Positions 25,054 to 38,087 of a stretch of 64,000 nt of DNA are shown here, piece by piece. Source of the stretch: Neoechinorhynchus agilis (Eukaryota > Animalia > Acanthocephala). A program made the position numbers and the translations under genes. The notes beneath the pieces are model-generated. The model saw nothing but the letters and a program-made list of their open reading frames with translations. It searched no databases and was not told the DNA's origin. The DNA is taken from positions 372,001 to 436,000 of the forward strand of contig CM121341.1 of the NCBI GenBank assembly GCA_051530055.1, written 5' to 3'. Numbering within the stretch: the first letter of the stretch is position 1; the number at the start of each line of letters is the position of its first letter.

Positions 25054-28000
25054 CCGGAAAAGGTTTTGGTTTTTTCTTATCCGAGATTCTGATCACAGCA
25101 TCTCAAATTCCACCTTCCTAAAGGATTTTCTCAGGATGATGTTTAAGATTGGGGATGCGGTGATCATAATCCTCGTGATAAAATATTTAAACTAGATATT
25201 CAGGTATTCCGCGAGGAAGCCTCGTCTCTTAATTCACCGGAAAAGGTTTTAGTTTTTCTTATCCGAGATTCTGATCACAGCATCTCAAATTCCACCTTCC
25301 TAAAGGATTTTCTCAGGATGATGTTTAAGATTGGGGATGCGGTGATCATAATCCTTGTGATAAAATATTTAAACTAGATATTCAGGTATTCCGCGAGGAA
25401 GCCTCGTCTCTTAATTCACCGGAAAAGGTTTTAGTTTTTTCTTATCCGAGATTCTGATCACAGCATCTCAAATTCCACCTTCCTAAAGGATTTTCTCAGG
25501 ATGATGTTTAAGATTGGGGATGCGGTGATCATAATCCTCGTGATAAAATATTTAAACTAGATATTCAGGTATTCCGCGAGGAAGCCTCGTCTCTTAATTC
25601 ACCGGAAAAGGTTTTAGTTTTTTCTTATCCGAGATTCTGATCACAGCATCTCAAATTCCACCTTCCTAAAGGATTTTCTCAGGATGATGTTTAAGATTGG
25701 GGATGCGGTGATCATAATCCTCGTGATAAAATATTTAAACTAGATATTCAGATATTACGCGAGGAAGCCTCGTCTCTTAATTCACCGGAAAAGGTTTTAG
25801 TTTTTTCTTATCCGAGATTCTGATCACTGTATCTCAAATTCCACCTCCCTAAAGGATTTTCTCAGGATGATGTTTAAGATTGGGGATGCGGTGATCATAA
25901 TCCTTGTGATAAAATATTTAAACTAGATATTCAGGTATTCCGCGAGGAAGCCTCGTCTCTTAATTCACCGGAAAAGGTTTTAGTTTTTCTTATCCGAGAT
26001 TCTGATCACAGCATCTCAAATTCCACCTTCCTAAAGGATTTTCTCAGGATGATTTTTAAGATTGGGGATGCGGTGATCATAATCCTCGTGATAAAATATT
26101 TAAACTAGATATTCAGGTATTCCGCGAGGAAGCCTCGTCTCTTAATTCACCGGAAAAGGTTTTAGTTTTTTCTTATCCGAGATTCTGATCACAGCATCTC
26201 AAATTCCACCTTCCTAAAGGATTTTCTCAGGATGATGTTTAAGATTGGGGATGCGGTGATCATAATCCTCGTGATAAAATATTTAAACTAGATATTCAGG
26301 TATTCCGCGAGGAAGCCTCGTCTCTTAATTCACCGGAAAAGGTTTTAGTTTTTTCTTATCCGAGATTCTGATCACTGTATCTCAAATTCCACCTTCCTAA
26401 AGGATTTTCTCAGGATGATGTTTAAGATTGGGGATGCGGTGATCATAATCCTCGTGATAAAATATTTAAACTAGATATTCAGATATTACGCGAGGAAGCC
26501 TCGTCTCTTAATTCACCGGAAAAGGTTTTAGTTTTTTCTTATCCGAGATTCTGATCACAGCATCTCAAATTCCACCTTCCTAAAGGATTTTCTCAGGATG
26601 ATTTTTAAGATTGGGGATGCGGTGATCATAATCCTCGTGATAAAATATTTAAACTAGATATTCAGATATTACGCGAGGAAGCCTCGTCTCTTAATTCACC
26701 GGAAAAGGTTTTAGTTTTTTCTTATCCGAGATTCTGATCACAGCATCTCAAATTCCACCTTCCTAAAGGATTTTCTCAGGATGATGTTTAAGATTGGGGA
26801 TGCGGTGATCATAATCCTCGTGATAAAATATTTAAACTAGATATTCAGATATTACGCGAGGAAGCCTCGTCTCTTAATTCACCGGAAAAGGTTTTGGTTT
26901 TTCTTATCCGAGATTCTGATCACAGCATCTAAATTCCACCTTCCTAAAGGATTTTCTCAGGATGATGTTTAAGATTGGGGATGCGGTGATCATAATCCTG
27001 TGATAAAATATTTAAACTAGATATTCAGGTATTCCGCGAGGAAGCCTCGTCTCTTATTCACGGAAAAGGTTTGTTTTTTCTTATCGAGATTCTGATCACA
27101 GCATCTCAAATTCCACCTTCCTAAAGGATTTTCTCAGGATGATGTTTAAGATTGGGGATGCGGTGATCATAATCCTCGTGATAAAATATTTAAACTAGAT
27201 ATTCAGGTATTCCGCGAGGAAGCCTCGTCTCTTAATTCACCGGAAAAGGTTTTAGTTTTTCTTATCCGAGATTCTGATCACAGCATCTCAAATTCCACCT
27301 TCCTAAAGGATTTTCTCAGGATGATGTTTAAGATTGGGGATGCGGTGATCATAATCCTTGTGATAAAATATTTAAACTAGATATTCAGGTATTCCGCGAG
27401 GAAGCCTCGTCTCTTAATTCACCGGAAAAGGTTTTAGTTTTCTTATCCGAGATTCTGATCACTGTATCTCAAATTCCACCTTCCTAAAGTTTTCTCAGGA
27501 TGATTTTAAGATTGGGGATGCGGTGATCATAATCCTCGTGATAAAATATTTAAACTAGATATTCAGATATTACGCGAGGAAGCCTCGTCTCTTAATTCAC
27601 CGGAAAAGGTTTTAGTTTTTTTATCCGAGATTTGATCACAGCATCTCAAATTCCACCTTCCTAAAGGATTTTCTCAGGATGATGTTTAAGATTGGGGATG
27701 GTGATCATAATCCTTGTGATAAAATATTTAAACTAGATATTCAGGTATTCCGCGAGGAAGCCTCGTCTCTTAATTCACCGGAAAAGGTTTTTGTTTTTCT
27801 TATCCGAGATTCTGATCACAGCATCTCAAATTCCACCTCCCTAAAGGATTTTCTCAGGATGATGTTTAAGATTGGGGATGCGGTGATCATAATCCTTGTG
27901 ATAAAATATTTAAACTAGATATTCAGGTATTCCGCGAGGAAGCCTCGTCTCTTAATTCACCGGAAAAGGTTTTAGTTTTTTCTTATCCGAGATTCTGATC

Positions 28001-31000
28001 ACAGCATCTCAAATTCCACCTTCCTAAAGGATTTTCTCAGGATGATGTTTAAGATTGGGGATGCGGTGATCATAATCCTTGTGATAAAATATTTAAACTA
28101 GATATTCAGATATTACGCGAGGAAGCCTCGTCTCTTAATTCACCGGAAAAGGTTTTGGTAAGAAGCCTCGTCTCTTAATTCACCGGAAAAGGTTTTAGTT
28201 TTTCTTATCCGAGATTCTGATCACAGCATCTCAAATTCCACCTTCCTAAAGGATTTTCTCAGGATGATGTTTAAGATTGGGGATGCGGTGATCATAATCC
28301 TCGTGATAAAATATTTAAACTAGATATTCAGGTATTCCGCGAGGAAGCCTCGTCTCTTAATTCACCGGAAAAGGTTTTAGTTTTTCTTATCCGAGATTCT
28401 GATCACAGCATCTCAAATTCCACCTTCCTAAAGGATTTTCTCAGGATGATGTTTAAGATTGGGGATGCGGTGATCATAATCCTTGTGATAAAATATTTAA
28501 ACTAGATATTCAGATATTACGCGAGGAAGCCTCGTCTCTTAATTCACCGGAAAAGGTTTTGGTTTTTTCTTATCCGAGATTCTGATCACAGCAAGCCTCG
28601 TCTCTTAATTCACCGGAAAAGGTTTTGTTTTTCTTATCCGAGATTCTGATCACAGCATCTCAAATTCCACCTTCCTAAAGGATTTTCTCAGGATGATGTT
28701 TAAGATTGGGGATGCGGTGATCATAATCCTCGTGATAAAATATTTAAACTAGATATTCAGGTATTCCGCGAGGAAGCCTCGTCTCTTAATTCACCGGAAA
28801 AGGTTTTAGTTTTTCTTATCCGAGATTCTGATCACAGCATCTCAAATTCCACCTTCCTAAAGGATTTTCTCAGGATGATTTTAAGATTGGGGATGCGGTG
28901 ATCATAATCCTTGTGATAAAATATTTAAACTAGATATTCAGATATTACGCGAGGAAGCCTCGTCTCTTAATTCACCGGAAAAGGTTTTAGTTTTTCTTAT
29001 CCGAGATTCTGATCACAGCATCTCAAATTCCACCTTCCTAAAGGATTTTCTCAGGATGATGTTTAAGATTGGGGATGCGGTGATCATAATCCTTGTGATA
29101 AAATATTTAAACTAGATATTCAGATATTACGCGAGGAAGCCTCGTCTCTTAATTCACCGGAAAAGGTTTTAGTTTTTTCTTATCCGAGATTCTGATCACA
29201 GCATCTCAAATTCCACCTTCCTAAAGGATTTTCTCAGGATGATGTTTAAGATTGGGGATGCGGTGATCATAATCCTCGTGATAAAATATTTAAACTAGAT
29301 ATTCAGGTATTCCGCGAGGAAGCCTCGTCTCTTAATTCACCGGAAAAGGTTTTAGTTTTTTCTTATCCGAGATTCTGATCACAGCATCTCAAATTCCACC
29401 TTCCTAAAGGATTTTCTCAGGATGATGTTTAAGATTGGGGATGCGGTGATCATAATCCTTGTGATAAAATATTTAAACTAGATATTCAGGTATTACGCGA
29501 GGAAGCCTCGTCTCTTAAGTCACCGGAAAAGGTTTTAGTTTTTTCTTATCCGAGATTCTGATCACAGCATCTCAAATTCCACCTTCCTAAAGGATTTTCT
29601 CAGGATGATGTTTAAGATTGGGGATGCGGTGATCATAATCCTCGTGATAAAATATTTAAACTAGATATTCAGGTATTCCGCGAGGAAGCCTCGTCTCTTA
29701 ATTCACCGGAAAAGGTTTTAGTTTTTCTTATCCGAGATTCTGATCACAGCATCTCAAATTCCACCTTCCTAAAGGATTTTCTCAGGATGATTTTTAAGAT
29801 TGGGGATGCGGTGATCATAATCCTCGTGATAAAATATTTAAACTAGATATTCAGATATTACGCGAGGAAGCCTCGTCTCTTAATTCACCGGAAAAGGTTT
29901 TAGTTTTTTCTTATCCGAGATTCTGATCACTGCATCTCAAATTCCACCTTCCTAAAGGATTTTCTCAGGATGATGTTTAAGATTGGGGATGCGGTGATCA
30001 TAATCCTTGTGATAAAATATTTAAACTAGATATTCAGATATTACGCGAGGAAGCCTCGTCTCTTAATTCACCGGAAAAGGTTTTAGTTTTTTCTTATCCG
30101 AGATTCTGATCACAGCATCTCAAATTCCACCTTCCTAAAGGATTTTCTCAGGATGATGTTTAAGATTGGGGATGCGGTGATCATAATCCTCGTGATAAAA
30201 TATTTAAACTAGATATTCAGATATTACGCGAGGAAGCCTCGTCTCTTAATTCACCGGAAAAGGTTTTATTTTTTTCTTATCCGAGATTCTGATCACTGTA
30301 TCTCAAATTCCACCTTCCTAAAGGATTTTCTCAGGGTGATGTTTAAGATTGGGGATGCGGTGATCATAATCCTTGTGATAAAAATATTTAAACTAGATAT
30401 TCAGATATTACGCTACGAAGCCTCGTCTCTTAATTAACCGGAAAAGGTTTTGGTTTTTTCTTATCCGAGATTCTGATCACAGCATCTCAAATTCCACCTT
30501 CCTAAAGGATTTTCTCAGGATGATGTTTAAGATTGGGGATGCGGTGATCATAATCCTCGTGATAAAATATTTAAACCAGATATTCAGGTATTCCGCGAGG
30601 AAGCCTCGTCTCTTAGTTCACCGGAAAAGGTTTTAGTTTTTCTTATCCGAGATTCTGATCACAGCATCTCAAATTCCACCTTCCTAAAGGATTTTCTCAG
30701 GATGATGTTTAAGATTGGGGATGCGGTGATCATAATCCTCGTGATAAAATATTTAAACTAGATATTCAGGTATTCCGCGAGGAAGCCTCGTCTCTTAATT
30801 CACCGGAAAAGGTTTTGGTTTTTTCTTATCCGAGATTCTGATCACAACCTCGTCTCTTAATTCACCGGAAAAGGTTTTTGTTTTTCTTATCCGAGATTCT
30901 GATAACAGCATCTCAAATTCCACCTTCCTGAAGGATTTTCTCAGGATGATGTTTAAGATTGGGGATGCGGTGATCATAATCCTCGTGATAAAATATTTAA

Positions 31001-34000
31001 ACTAGATATTCAGGTATTCCGCGAGGAAGCTTCGTCTCTTAATTCACCGGAAAAGGTTTTAGTTTTTTCTTATCCGAGATTCTGATCACAGCATCTCAAA
31101 TTCCACCTTCCTAAAGGATTTTCTCAGGATGATGTTTAAGATTGGGGATGCGGTGATCATAATCCTTGTGATAAAAATATTTAAACTAGATATTCAGATA
31201 TTACGCTACGAAGCCTCGTCTCTTAATTCACCGGAAAAGGTTTTGGTTTTTTCTTATCCGAGATTCTGATCACAGCATCTCAAATTCCACCTTCCTAAAG
31301 GATTTTCTCAGGATGATTTTTAAGATTGGGGATGCGGTGATCATAATCCTCGTGATAAAATATTTAAACTAGATATTCAGATATTACGCGAGGAAGCCTC
31401 GTCTCTTAATTCACCGGAAAAGGTTTTGGTTTTTTCTTATCAGAGATTCTGATCACAGCAAGCCTCGTCTCTTAAGTCACCGGAAAAGGTTTTAGTTTTT
31501 TCTTATCCGAGATTCTGATCACTGTATCTCCCACTCCACCTTCCTAAAGGATTTTCTCAGGATGATGTTTAAGATTGGGGATGCGGTGATCATAATCCTC
31601 GTGATAAAATATTTAAACTAGATATTCAGGTATTCCGCGAGGAAGCCTCGTCTCTTAATTCACCGGAAAAGGTTTTAGTTTTTCTTATCCGAGATTCTGA
31701 TCACAGCATCTCCCACTCCACCTTCCTAATGGATTTTCTCAGGATGATTTTTAAGATTGGGGATGCGGTGATCATAATCCTTGTGATAAAATATTTAAAC
31801 CAGATATTCAGGTATTCCGCGAGGAAGCCTCGTCTCTTAGTTCACCGGAAAAGGTTTTAGTTTTTTCTTATCCGAGATTCTGATCACTGTATCTCAAATT
31901 CCACCTTAATAAAGGATTTTCTCCGGATGATGTTTAAGATTGGGGATGCGGTGATCATAATCCTCGTGATAAAATATTTAAACCAGATATTCAGGTATTC
32001 CGCGAGGAAGCCTCGTCTCTTAGTTCACCGGAAAAGGTTTTAGTTTTTCTTATCCGAGATTCTGATCACAGCATCTCCCACTCCACCTCCCTAAAGGATT
32101 TTCTCAGGATGATGTTTAAGATTGGGGATGCGGTGATCATAATCCTTGTGATAAAATATTTAAACTAGATATTCAGGTATTCCGCGAGGAAGCCTCGTCT
32201 CTTAATTCACCGGAAAAGGTTTTAGTTTTTTCTTATCCGAGATTCTGATCACAGCATCTCAAATTCCACCTTCCTAAAGGATTTTCTCAGGATGATGTTT
32301 AAGATTGGGGATGCGGTGATCATAATCCTTGTGATAAAATATTTAAACTAGATATTCAGGTATTCCGCGAGGAAGCCTCGTCTCTTAATTCACCGGAAAA
32401 GGTTTTAGTTTTTTCTTATCCGAGATTCTGATAACAGCATCTCAAATTCCACCCTCCTAAAGGATTTTCTCAGGATGATGTTTAAGATTGGGGATGCGGT
32501 GATCATAATCCTCGTGATAAAATATTTAAACTAGATATTCAGGTATTGCGCGAGGAAGCCTCGTCTCTTAAGTCACCGGAATAGGTTTTAGTTTTTTCTT
32601 ATCCGAGATTCTGATCACAGTATCTCCCACTCCACCTCCCTAAAGGATTTTCTCAGGATGATGTTTAAGATTGGGGATGCGGTGATCATAATCCTTGTGA
32701 TAAAATATTTAAACTAGATATTCAGGTATTCCGCGAGGAAGCCTCGTCTCTTAATTCACCGGAAAAGGTTTTAGTTTTTCTTATCCGAGATTCTGATCAC
32801 AGCATCTCAAATTCCACCTTCCTAAAGGATTTTCTCAGGATGATTTTTAAGATTGGGGATGCGGTGATCATAATCCTCGTGATAAAATATTTAAACTAGA
32901 TATTCAGGTATTCCGCGAGGAAGCCTCGTCTCTTAATTCACCGGAAAAGGTTTTAGTTTTTTCTTATCCGAGATTCTGATCACAGCATCTCAAATTCCAC
33001 CTTCCTAAAGGATTTTCTCAGGATGATGTTTAAGATTGGGGATGCGGTGATCATAATCCTCGTGATAAAATATTTAAACTAGATATTCAGGTATTCCGCG
33101 AGGAAGCCTCGTCTCTTAATTCACCGGAAAAGGTTTTAGTTTTTTCTTATCCGAGATTCTGATCACAGCATCTCAAATTCCACCTTCCTAAAGGATTTTC
33201 TCAGGATGATGTTTAAGATTGGGGATGCGGTGATCATAATCCTCGTGATAAAATATTTAAACTAGATATTCAGATATTACGCGAGGAAGCCTCGTCTCTT
33301 AATTCACCGGAAAAGGTTTTAGTTTTTTCTTATCCGAGATTCTGATCACAGCATCTCAAATTCCACCTTCCTAAAGGATTTTCTCAGGATGATGTTTAAG
33401 ATTGGGGATGCGGTGATCATAATCCTCGTGATAAAATATTTAAACTAGATATTCAGATATTACGCGAGGAAGCCTCGTCTCTTAATTCACCGGAAAAGGT
33501 TTTAGTTTTTTCTTATCCGAGATTCTGATCACAGCATCTCAAATTCCACCTTCCTAAAGGATTTTCTCAGGATGATGTTTAAGATTGGGGATGCGGTGAT
33601 CATAATCCTCGTGATAAAATATTTAAACTAGATATTCAGATATTACGCGAGGAAGCCTCGTCTCTTAATTCACCGGAAAAGGTTTTAGTTTTTTCTTATC
33701 CGAGATTCTGATCACAGCATCTCAAATTCCACCTTCCTAAAGGATTTTCTCAGGATGATGTTTAAGATTGGGGATGCGGTGATCATAATCCTCGTGATAA
33801 AATATTTAAACTAGATATTCAGGTATTACGCGAGGAAGCCTCGTCTCTTAATTCACCGGAAAAGGTTTTAGTTTTTCTTATCCGAGATTCTGATCACAGC
33901 ATCTCAAATTCCACCTTCCTAAAGGATTTTCTCAGGATGATGTTTAAGATTGGGGATGCGGTGATCATAATCCTTGTGATAAAATATTTAAACTAGATAT

Positions 34001-35950
34001 TCAGGTATTCCGCGAGGAAGCCTCGTCTCTTAATTCACCGGAAAAGGTTTTAGTTTTTTCTTATCCGAGATTCTGATCACTGTATCTCAAATTCCACCTT
34101 CCTAAAGGATTTTCTCAGGATGATGTTTAAGATTGGGGATGCGGTGATCATAATCCTTGTGATAAAATATTTAAACTAGATATTCAGGTATTCCGCGAGG
34201 AAGCCTCGTCTCTTAATTCACCGGAAAAGGTTTTAGTTTTTCTTATCCGAGATTCTGATCACAGCATCTCAAACTCCACCTTCCTAAAGGATTTTCTCAG
34301 GATGATTTTTAAGATTGGGGATGCGGTGATCATAATCCTTGTGATAAAATATTTAAACTAGATATTCAGATATTACGCGAGGAAGCCTCGTCTCTTAATT
34401 CACCGGAAAAGGTTTTGGTAAGCCTCGTCTCTTAATTCACCGGAAAAGGTTTTGTTTTTCTTATCCGAGATTCTGATCACAGCATCTCAAATTCCACCTT
34501 CCTAAAGGATTTTCTCAGGATGATGTTTAAGATTGGGGATGCGGTGATCATAATCCTTGTGATAAAATATTTAAACTAGATATTCAGATATTACGCGAGG
34601 AAGCCTCGTCTCTTAATTCACCGGAAAAGGTTTTAGTTTTTTCTTATCCGAGATTCTGATCACAGCATCTCAAATTCCACCTTCCTAAAGGATTTTCTCG
34701 GGATGATTTTTAAGATTGGGGATGCGGTGATCATAATCCTCGTGATAAAATATTTAAACTAGATATTCAGGTATTCCGCGAGGAAGCCTCGTCTCTTAAT
34801 TCACCGGAAAAGGTTTTAGTTTTTCTTATCCGAGATTCTGATCACAGCATCTCCCACTCCACCTTCCTAAAGGATTTTCTCGGGATGATTTTTAAGATTG
34901 GGGATGCGGTGATCATAATCCTTGTGATAAAATATTTAAACTAGATATTCAGGTATTCCGCGAGGAAGCCTCGTCTCTTAATTCACCGGAAAAGGTTTTA
35001 GTTTTTCTTATCCGAGATTCTGATCACAGCATCTCAAATTCCACCTTCCTAAAGGATTTTCTCAGGATGATTTTTAAGATTGGGGATGCGGTGATCATAA
35101 TCCTTGTGATAAAATATTTAAACTAGATATTCAGATATTACGCGAGGAAGCCTCGTCTCTTAATTCACCGGAAAAGGTTTTGTTTTTTCTTATCCGAGAT
35201 TCTGATCACAGCATCTCAAATTCCACCTTCCTAAAGGATTTTCTCAGGATGATGTTTAAGATTGGGGATGCGGTGATCATAATCCTCGTGATAAAATATT
35301 TAAACTAGATATTCAGATATTACGCGAGGAAGCCTCGTCTCTTAAGTCACCGGAAAAGGTTTTAGTTTTTTCTTATCCGAGATTCTGATCACAGCATCTC
35401 GAATTCCACCTTCCTAAAGGATTTTCTCAGGATGATGTTTAAGATTGGGGATGCGGTGATCATAATCCTCGTGATAAAATATTTAAACTAGATATTCAGG
35501 TATTCCGCGAGGAAGCCTCGTCTCTTAATTCACCGGAAAAGGTTTTAGTTTTTCTTATCCGAAATTCTGATCACAGCATCTCCCACTCCACCTCCCTAAA
35601 GGATTTTCTCAGGATGATTTTTAAGATTGGGGATGCTGTGATCATAATCCTTATGATAAAAGTATTTAAACAAGATATTCAGATATTACGCGAGGCAGCC
35701 TCGTCTCTTAAGTAACCGGAAAAGGTTTTAGTTTTTCTTATCCGAAATTCTGATCACAGCATCTCCCACTCCACCTCCCTGAAGCATTTTCTCAGGATGA
35801 TGTTTAAGATTGGGGATGCGGTGGTCATAATCCTCGTGATAAAATATTTAAACTAGATATTCAGATAATACGCGAGGAAGCCTCGTCTCTTAATTCACCG
35901 GAAAAGGTTTTAGTTTTATCTTATCCGAGATTCTGATCACAGCATCTCCA
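25054..35950. repeat. Satellite B: tandem array of 182/183-bp monomers, about 60 copies, with an internal fold-back
   Basis: ccggaaaagg recurs at 25054, 25237, 25419 and 25602. Internal inverted repeat gattctgatcacagcatc / gatgcggtgatcataatc (16/18), extending outward, plus hairpin CGAGG-AAG-CCTCG. Confidence 0.98.
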
Positions 35951-36831
35951 AATCTACGAAAGGCTTGACGTTCATTTCTCAACGACGATAGAAGCTCGAT
36001 GTGTTTCTTCTGCTCCAAAAGGGAAGTAACGTTGCATAAAACCAAAGAGTTTTAAAATGGTATTGCCTATCGTTCGGCCGTAGTTTAGAATTTTATTTTA
36101 TATTTGTGATTTGGTTTTTGAGGCATTTTCACGGGTTTTTATAAGGGTGTTGATCACTTGTCTTTGAGACTCGCTCAAAGGTTCCTTTCAAAAGTATCTA
36201 TTGAGATTCGATCAAACTTCTTGTATTAAATCTTAAAACTTAAATTTTATGGTATTTTTAGGCTCTATCGATCTGAGATGCAATAGATGGCCAGTGAAAT
36301 CTAAGAATTTAGTATTATTAAAGAAACAGCTTAAAGGGTGGTGGTTTTAGAGTTGAAATAGCACTTTAATTTGTGACAAAATTTCGTACATTCTGCCTAT
36401 GCCACATTATTACAGAAATTGAGAATCGAAATATTATTGCCGTTGCTAATATTCGTTTAGTGGCGTGATTGTAAACTTGGATTGCACGCTTTACATTATT
36501 TTGCACTTTGGAGATATTTGCCCTTCAATGTTCATCGTGTTTATAATATCGATAGAGTTTCGTCGGTTATAGAACTTTTGCTATTTATTTGTTCACTTGA
36601 TTTGTAGGTCTCACGAATATTATCCATTTATTCCCCCCCGCGACTTTTAAAAGGCGGTTGAAACATCAAGTTGCGATGCTTTTCGACAATTTTGGAAAAA
36701 ACAGCCTTAAAAATAGATTTTTTTCCCTTAGTTTTTGCGAAATTCTCCGTCAAGTTTAAGCAAGCACGTAAATTGGAAATCATCCTGGATTCCACGAATT
36801 TTTATTGGAAATCTAAAGAAATATATTTAGC

Positions 36832-36976
36832 TATGGATTGTGCTGATCATAATTGCCCGGATAAAACGTATTTTATTAGATTGAAATATTTGGCGGAAAG
36901 CTGATGAAGCTTTCTGTTTGGAACTATTTCAATAAAATATGTTTTATCCGTGGAATTATGATCACCACAATTCATA
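36832..36976. mobile_element. Fold-back (inverted) pLTR-like fragment with a degenerate hammerhead, satellite-C family
   Basis: Arms tatggattgtgctgatcataattgcccggataaaacgtattttatt and aataaaatatgttttatccgtggaattatgatcaccacaattcata are near reverse complements. The centre reads CTGATGA (36901-36907)...GAAC TAT T TCAATAAAATA, versus satellite C GAAA TAT T TCAATAAAATA. Confidence 0.75.
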
Positions 36977-37109
36977 CCGTTTCACCCCAAAGGATTTTCT
37001 CTCAAAGATATTAAATGTTAAAAAAGGGGCAAATAATCGATAGTTTTGAAAATCGATTCGTTTCTTCTTAAATATAAATGTTCTGGCATTTCCATTCATT
37101 GCTTCTAGA

Positions 37110-38087
37110 ATGATGCCGCTGGTACTACGTACCGATGAAGTGGCACGAATTTTAGAATCGTTTGACGACAGAATCTTAAGGTCGAGTAATCCTTTTCAGT
37201 TGGATTTCGAGAGTGTAATAGATGGAATCAAAAATTTGAAAGGGGTTAAAAAGGAAGATTTTATCTCATGTGCACGACTGATTGAGCTCGCGAGCAAGAT
37301 ATACAGCAAGCGGATCGATTCCTTGATGACCTTAGTTACAAAAGTGGCTTTTGTTCAAGGACCTGTAGAAGAAGTTCGTGCAAGTTCACCGCCTATAAAA
37401 CGACCAAAAACAAGGATTTCAAGGAAATCTACACTTATCCCATTAAGGGGCAATCACATAAAAGAGTCGAAACAAAGACCCGCCGCCAATTATGGACGTG
37501 TTATGGCCAAACATCGTATTATCTGCGATTCTGAGCTTCGGTTTATGTACGGCCGCTTTTTGAGTCCGGATAGCGAACGTTTGCAATGTACGGAAGGTCT
37601 GCTAAGTCCAGTGAAGGTTCAGCAGATCTTTGGAACAATATTCGCTAGTCATGGAAAATACCTTCGCCTTAAGGAGCGCCGCATAAAGAGTCGTCAAAAG
37701 ACTTCGTTTCCAAAAGATCTTACTGCCTATCATAAACTGAATAAGAGAAGGCGGATTGTAGAATTGAAAGAAGATACTATCAATATTCATCAAGAATCGA
37801 ATTTCGATGACCCAATGAACGTAAATGACCTAACGAGACGAATCTCGGAAATGTACAAGAATAATCGCAACAGTGCAAGTTTCGAAATGACGAAATGCGG
37901 AATTAGCACCACTTTTACTTGCTCAATGAGTGACTTTTATGATTCGATGAGTGCTCACGAAGGTCCGCCTTCCGTGAGTGTGATGCTAATGGCTATTCTT
38001 TTAATGATCGAATCGATGGACGAAAAGGTCAGCCTCAGGCAAACAGATGATTTAACTGATGTGATTATCGAACAAGAATTCCTATAA
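37110..38087 (+). CDS. Short, divergent condensin I kleisin (CAP-H/Barren-like), intronless, 325 aa
   Basis: N-terminal SNPFQLDF...DFISCARLIELASKIYSKRIDSL...VTKV resembles the CAP-H NAFxL...FxxAxxTLDAxxKIYxxRVD motif. C-terminal SVSVMLMAILLMI...DDLTDVIIEQ resembles the CAP-H winged-helix end. Confidence 0.72.
   Translation: MMPLVLRTDEVARILESFDDRILRSSNPFQLDFESVIDGIKNLKGVKKEDFISCARLIELASKIYSKRIDSLMTLVTKVAFVQGPVEEVRASSPPIKRPKTRISRKSTLIPLRGNHIKESKQRPAANYGRVMAKHRIICDSELRFMYGRFLSPDSERLQCTEGLLSPVKVQQIFGTIFASHGKYLRLKERRIKSRQKTSFPKDLTAYHKLNKRRRIVELKEDTINIHQESNFDDPMNVNDLTRRISEMYKNNRNSASFEMTKCGISTTFTCSMSDFYDSMSAHEGPPSVSVMLMAILLMIESMDEKVSLRQTDDLTDVIIEQEFL

Noticed and set aside
25205-25230. HDV-like ribozyme in satellite B (minus strand TCCTCGCGG equals the HDV L3/P3 text)
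   Set aside because: No P1 partner, no GG for P1.1 and no P2 closure. The segment is better explained as the relic HHR stem II.
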